From Anaerolineae bacterium (lineage in GTDB: Bacteria > Chloroflexota > Anaerolineae > S140-20): DNA of 64,000 bases. The notes beneath the pieces are model-generated. The model saw only the letters and a list, made by a program, of their open reading frames with translations. It was not told the DNA's origin and did no database searches. The stretch covers positions 32,001-96,000 of the forward strand of contig JALUTT010000077.1 in assembly GCA_027021705.1 (NCBI GenBank). Direction: 5' to 3'. Below are positions 59,449-64,000 of this stretch, one piece after another. The translations under genes and the position numbers were made by a program. Every line of letters begins with the position of its first letter. The stretch's first letter is position 1.

Positions 59449-59514
59449 CTAGCCCTATCTTAGCACAATTCAGGGAAATGTCAAGGTTTGTGCTGCCGGT
59501 TTTGGGTAGCCTCC

Positions 59515-59543
59515 TTGCCTCTCCGGGGAACCTGAAGTACAAT
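59515..59543 (+). promoter_or_regulatory. Putative dnaX promoter
   Basis: TTGCCT-17 bp-TACAAT. Confidence 0.55.
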
Positions 59544-59702
59544 CCTGGCAGCGAGTGCGCCGCCTCCTGCTCCCACCAGACAGGTCCGGCGGGCCGGGCC
59601 GGGGCGGACCGTCCGGAGCATCGGGAGCGCAATCCTGGTGGCAGGAAGGGGAATGGGAGGTCCGAAGAGGCCGACCGTCGGTGGACAACGATTGGGGGAA
59701 CG

Positions 59703-61439
59703 ATGCCCGGTGCAGTGCTCTATCGGAAGTGGCGACCCCAGACCTTCGAAGAGGTGGTCGGGCAGGAACACGTGACCCGAACGCTGCGCAATGCCATCGC
59801 GATGGGGCGGATCGGGCACGCTTACCTCTTCTCCGGCCCCCGGGGTACGGGCAAGACGACGACGGCCCGCCTGCTGGCCAAGGCGGTCAACTGCCTGGCC
59901 GAGGAGCCCGCCGGGCGTCCCTGCAACCGTTGCGACGTCTGCCGGGCGATCAACGAGGGTCGGCTGCTGGACCTCATCGAGATTGATGCGGCCTCCCACA
60001 CCGGTGTGGACGATGTGCGGGAGCTGCGCGACAAGATCGCCTTCCGCCCCAACGAGTGCCGTTACAAGGTCTACATCATTGACGAGGTCCACCGCTTCTC
60101 CGGCTCTGCCTTCGATGCCCTTCTCAAGACCATCGAGGAGCCTCCCCCCCACGCCATCTTCGTCCTGGCGACGACGGAGATCCACAAGGTCCCGGCCACC
60201 ATCCGCTCCCGCTGCCAGCAGTTCGACTTTCGGCGCATCCCCGTTGAGCAGATCGTGGAGCGGCTGCAGCGGATCGTCCAGGAGGAAGGACTCCGGGCCG
60301 AGCCCGAGGCGCTGCGCTTCATCGCCCGTCAAGCCACCGGCTCGCTGCGGGATGCCATCAGCCTGCTGGACCAGTTGGCTGCCTACAACGCCGGCGAGAT
60401 CACGTTGGCGCAGGCCCAGGCCGTGCTGGGGGCGGGTACGCTGGAGACGGTGCTTCGACTGACGGACCGGCTGGCGGCCGGAGACGTGGCCGGCGGTCTC
60501 AACCTGATCAACGAGGCGGTGGACCGGGGTGTGGACCCCCGCCAGTTGACCCGCCAACTGGTCGAGCACCTGCGGGGCGTGTTGCTCCTGCGTCTGGATG
60601 GCGCAGACCTGCTGGACCTCCCCCAGGAGATGCGCAGGACGATGGCCGACCAGGCCGGGCGCTTCCCCGTGCGCCGCCTCCTGCGGGCCATCCGCCGTTT
60701 CAGCCGAGCGGAGGGGAACTTCCGAGGGGGATGGCACCCCCAGCTCCCCCTGGAGATGGCCTTCGTGGAGAGTTGCCTGGATGAGGAGGCGGTGTCGCCG
60801 GCCGACGGTGCGCCAGCGGCTGCCTCTCGTCCCCCTGCCGCCTCTGGGCCGGCCTCAAGGCCGTCGCCGCCGTCCTCGTCCTCTCCTCTCCCATCGGAAG
60901 CTCCCGCCGGTGGGCAGGCAGCAACTCCCCCTGCGACAGGTACCACGTCAGCGCCCAAGGGGACAGCGAGGCGTCCGACCAGGCAACCGACGTCTCCCCC
61001 TGCCCGGCCCTCTCCTCCAAAGGCCCCGACCGGAAGGCCGACGACCGGGGTCTCGCCGGACGAACTCACCCTGGCCCTAGTGCAGGAGCGGTGGCGCGGA
61101 CTGCTGCGGGTGATGCGCTCCCGGGACCGCTCGGTGGAGGCGCTCCTTCGCTCGGCCCATCCCATCGCTGTGGAGGGTGAGACGGTGGTCCTGCGGGCAG
61201 ACCACGAGTTCGCCCGGTCCAAGCTCCAAGTCCCTCGGACCAAAGCGCTGGTAGAGGAGGTCCTGGAACACGTGACCGGCCATCGGTGTCACGTCCGCTA
61301 CGTCTTGAAGGGACAGTCGGCCCAGGCAGGAGAGGCCCAAGGGGAAGCCGGTTCATCGGACTTGGACGGAGATCCGCTGTTGCAGGAGGCGGTGGAAAAA
61401 CTGGGCGCTCAGGTGCGTCCTTTCAACCAAGGAGGGTAA
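59703..61439 (+). CDS. dnaX: DNA polymerase III gamma/tau
   Basis: LYRKWRPQTF, GPRGTGKT, EIDAAS, IIDEVH, SRCQ. Confidence 0.96.
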   Translation: MPGAVLYRKWRPQTFEEVVGQEHVTRTLRNAIAMGRIGHAYLFSGPRGTGKTTTARLLAKAVNCLAEEPAGRPCNRCDVCRAINEGRLLDLIEIDAASHTGVDDVRELRDKIAFRPNECRYKVYIIDEVHRFSGSAFDALLKTIEEPPPHAIFVLATTEIHKVPATIRSRCQQFDFRRIPVEQIVERLQRIVQEEGLRAEPEALRFIARQATGSLRDAISLLDQLAAYNAGEITLAQAQAVLGAGTLETVLRLTDRLAAGDVAGGLNLINEAVDRGVDPRQLTRQLVEHLRGVLLLRLDGADLLDLPQEMRRTMADQAGRFPVRRLLRAIRRFSRAEGNFRGGWHPQLPLEMAFVESCLDEEAVSPADGAPAAASRPPAASGPASRPSPPSSSSPLPSEAPAGGQAATPPATGTTSAPKGTARRPTRQPTSPPARPSPPKAPTGRPTTGVSPDELTLALVQERWRGLLRVMRSRDRSVEALLRSAHPIAVEGETVVLRADHEFARSKLQVPRTKALVEEVLEHVTGHRCHVRYVLKGQSAQAGEAQGEAGSSDLDGDPLLQEAVEKLGAQVRPFNQGG

Positions 61440-61440
61440 T

Positions 61441-61821
61441 GTGGCCAAGAAACGTAGTCGCAGACAGATTCCTCGCCGTGGTGCCTCCCAGCCCGGAGGT
61501 ATGGGGATGGGAGGGCTGGGGATGATCCAGAAGCTTCAGGAAGAGGTGTTGAAAGCCCAGGAGGCGCTGGAGAGCGAGACGGTGACGGTGACGGCCGGCG
61601 GTGGGGCCGTCGAGGTGGTCATCACCGGCCACCAGCATCTTCAGTCCATCCGCATTGACCCCGACGTGGTGGACCCGGAGGATGTGGAGATGCTCCAGGA
61701 CCTGATCCTGGCGGCGGTCAACGAGGCCATCGAGCAGTCGAAGGCGATGGCGGCCCAGAAGATGGAATCCCTCACCGGGGGGCTGGGGTTGCCGAGCCTG
61801 AAGGACCTGGGGTTGGGGTAG
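61441..61821 (+). CDS. ybaB: Nucleoid-associated protein YbaB/EbfC
   Basis: AGGGAVEV..DPEDVEMLQDLILAAVNEA; located between dnaX and recR. Confidence 0.93.
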   Translation: MAKKRSRRQIPRRGASQPGGMGMGGLGMIQKLQEEVLKAQEALESETVTVTAGGGAVEVVITGHQHLQSIRIDPDVVDPEDVEMLQDLILAAVNEAIEQSKAMAAQKMESLTGGLGLPSLKDLGLG

Positions 61822-61824
61822 CTG

Positions 61825-62427
61825 ATGGCCGGGATGCCGGAACCGATCACCCGGCTCATTGAGGAGTTCTCTCGGCTGCCGGGCATCGGACCGAAGACCG
61901 CCTCCCGGCTGACCTTCTACCTGTTGCGGGCGCCGGCTGAGCAGTCCCTGGCTTTGGCAGAGGCCCTGGAGCAATTGAAGTCCCGCACCCAGCTCTGCCA
62001 GGTCTGCTTCAACATCACCGAGGAGAGCCCCTGCCCCATCTGTGCCGATGAGGACCGGGATCGCGGGCTCATCTGCGTGGTGGAGGAGCCGTTGGACCTG
62101 TGGGCGATCGAGCGGACGGGGAGCTATCGGGGGCTCTACCACGTGCTCCACGGCGTCATCTCGCCGATGGAGGGGGTAGGGCCGGAGGAACTGAAGGTCC
62201 GGGAACTGCTGGTGCGCGTGCAGGCCGGCGGTGTACGGGAGGTGATCTTGGCGACCAACCCCAGTTTGGAGGGGGAGAACACCGCCATCTACCTGCAGCG
62301 GAAGCTGACCCCCTTGGGGGTGCGGGTGACGCGCCTGGCCCGGGGCCTGCCGGTGGGTGGAGACCTGGAGTACGCCGACGAGGTGACGTTGACCCGGGCG
62401 CTGGAGGGTCGGCAGGAGATGGGATGA
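61825..62427 (+). CDS. recR: Recombination protein RecR
   Basis: LPGIGPKTA, C4 zinc finger, ICVVEE, EGENTA. Confidence 0.97.
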   Translation: MAGMPEPITRLIEEFSRLPGIGPKTASRLTFYLLRAPAEQSLALAEALEQLKSRTQLCQVCFNITEESPCPICADEDRDRGLICVVEEPLDLWAIERTGSYRGLYHVLHGVISPMEGVGPEELKVRELLVRVQAGGVREVILATNPSLEGENTAIYLQRKLTPLGVRVTRLARGLPVGGDLEYADEVTLTRALEGRQEMG

Positions 62428-62464
62428 AAAAAGGCCCGGTGCCTCGATAGCACCGGGTTTGTAG

Positions 62465-62538
62465 TGGGCGGTAGAGGACTTGAACCTCTGACCTCCACGA
62501 TGTCAACGTGGCGCTCTAGCCATCTGAGCTAACCGCCC
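62465..62538 (-). tRNA. tRNA-Val (anticodon GAC)
   Basis: Reverse complement GGGCGGTTAGCTCAGATGGCTAGAGCG CCACG TTGACAT CGTGG..GGTTCAAGTCC..ACCGCCCA. Confidence 0.95.
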
Positions 62539-62549
62539 TTTCCGTCCTA

Positions 62550-62578
62550 ATTATACAAAACTCCCCTCGATTTGGCAA
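62550..62578 (-). promoter_or_regulatory. tRNA-Val promoter
   Basis: Minus strand TTGCCA-17 bp-TATAAT. Confidence 0.75.
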
Positions 62579-62590
62579 GAGGGTTTTCTG

Positions 62591-62745
62591 CGGTGATTAC
62601 CCACAAGGGAGCGAGAGGGTGGTCCGCAGCAGGCCGTCCACGAATTTCTCACCAATGCACGAGTGAGGCGGTCCTTCATTCGTGTATTCGTGCCCCATTC
62701 GTGGACGGCTCGTCTCCCTATCTCCAACGATATGGGTAATCACCG
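62591..62745 (-). mobile_element. Repeat family B copy, reverse orientation
   Basis: Perfect 13-bp TIRs; interior is the reverse complement of 20106-20260. Confidence 0.8.
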
Positions 62746-62767
62746 GGGTTTTTTCACGTATGTACGT

Positions 62768-63904
62768 ATGATCTACCTTGACGTTTCGGCGGCGGTGCAC
62801 CGACGCGCCGGTCTGGGCCGTTATGCGGAGAGCTTGGTTCGCGCCCTCGTGGCCTGGGCCCAGACCCATCCCGACGAGGCCCTGCCCTTCGCCCTCTTCT
62901 ACAACCGGGGCCGGGGAAGCCGGCCCCTGGCGGGCCTAGAACACCTGCCGGCCCGGACGGTGCGGGCCGGATACAAGCCCTGGCGGATGGCCATCTGGCT
63001 GGGGCAACTGGCCCGCATTCCCTTCAACCGACTGCTCCCAGGGGCCACCCTCTACCACGCCACCGAGCACCTGTTGATGCCCTTGCGAAACCTGCCCACC
63101 GTCCTCACCGTTCACGACCTGATCTTCGAGCTCTTCCCCCGTTTCCACAAGCCCCTCAACTACTGGTACCTTCACTGGACGATGCCCCTCTACTGCCGGC
63201 GGGCCGACCGGATCATCGCCGTCTCCCAGGCCACCCGCCGGGACCTGACCCAGCACTACGGCGTGGCCCCGGAGCGGATCACCGTTGTCTACGAAGCGGC
63301 GGCTCCCCACTTCCGGCCTGCTTCCCCTCAGGCTATCGCCGCCCTCCGGGCCCGCTACGCCCTGCCCGACCGCTTCCTGCTCCACGTGGGCACCATCGAG
63401 CCTCGCAAGAACCTGGAGCGGCTCCTGGACGCCCTGGCCCTCCTGCGCCGCCAGGGCCAGGATGTGTACTTGGTGCTCGCCGGAGGCAAGGGGTGGCTCT
63501 ACGAGGGCTTCTTCCGCAAGCTGGAGCGCTTCCCCCACCGGGAGGCGGTCCGGTGGCTGGGCTACGTTCCCGATGAAGCGCTGCCAGCCCTCTACAGCGC
63601 GGCCACTCTCTGTGTCGTCCCTTCCCTCTACGAGGGCTTCGGCCTTCCCGTCCTGGAGGCGATGGCCTGTGGCACCCCCGTGGTCTGCAGCCGGAGCGGT
63701 AGCCTCCCGGAGGTGGGGGGGGCGGCAGCCCGCTACTTCGACCCCAACGACGTTGAGGCGATGGCCGCTGCCATCGGGGCCGTCTGGCAGGACGGCGACG
63801 CCCAGGCAGCGATGCGGGAGCAGGGGCTGGCTCAGGCGGCTCGCTTTTCCTGGGAGCGGGCCGCCGAGGAGACGATGGCCGTCTACCGGAGGCTGAAGGG
63901 ATAG
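62768..63904 (+). CDS. Glycosyltransferase family 4 (MtfB-like)
   Basis: TVHDL, VGTIEPRKN, PSLYEGFGLPVLEAMACG. Confidence 0.93.
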   Translation: MIYLDVSAAVHRRAGLGRYAESLVRALVAWAQTHPDEALPFALFYNRGRGSRPLAGLEHLPARTVRAGYKPWRMAIWLGQLARIPFNRLLPGATLYHATEHLLMPLRNLPTVLTVHDLIFELFPRFHKPLNYWYLHWTMPLYCRRADRIIAVSQATRRDLTQHYGVAPERITVVYEAAAPHFRPASPQAIAALRARYALPDRFLLHVGTIEPRKNLERLLDALALLRRQGQDVYLVLAGGKGWLYEGFFRKLERFPHREAVRWLGYVPDEALPALYSAATLCVVPSLYEGFGLPVLEAMACGTPVVCSRSGSLPEVGGAAARYFDPNDVEAMAAAIGAVWQDGDAQAAMREQGLAQAARFSWERAAEETMAVYRRLKG

Positions 63905-64000
63905 CAGGCGACAGGACTTGTCCCTTTGTCTAGCCCGTGGTATAATCGCAATTGCAAATCGTTGGCAATAAAGAGCTCAGGTCACCAACGTGAGATCGTC

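Noticed and set aside
59545..59700. SRP RNA (ffs) upstream of dnaX
   Set aside because: GC-rich and foldable, but the conserved SRP domain IV motif (CAGG..GGAA..AGCAG) is not present
60780..61070. dnaX programmed frameshift or slippage site
   Set aside because: No A-AAA-AAG or long poly-A tract is seen; only a Pro/Ala/Ser linker

Overview
GC-rich bacterial chromosome segment, probably Chloroflexota/Anaerolineae (inferred from protein style, not proven). The main accessory feature is a ~12.5 kb integrative element in tRNA-Lys(CTT), bounded by a perfect 45-bp direct repeat (2041-2085 / 14589-14633). It encodes two tyrosine recombinases, a fused primase-helicase, a membrane-anchored FtsK/SpoIIIE translocase, three paralogous excisionase-like HTH proteins and an RHH repressor. 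I recognised no capsid, terminase, relaxase or T4SS genes. Two ~180-bp inverted copies of a GGTGACA-iteron region flank the element's core, each containing a loxP/FRT-like palindrome with an 8-bp spacer. The rest of the window is mostly housekeeping and signalling: slyD, csp, tyrA-like, polA, argH, guaB, dnaX-ybaB-recR, tRNA-Val, three large histidine kinases (two GAF-rich), an ECF sigma/anti-sigma operon, a C25 peptidase, cooF-cooS-FNOR and an AOR. Other oddities are an ATPase plus Toprim-like pair inserted into the ECF operon, a catalytically dead sortase-like domain, two pseudogenes and at least three dispersed repeat families. All calls come from reading motifs by eye; no database searches were run.
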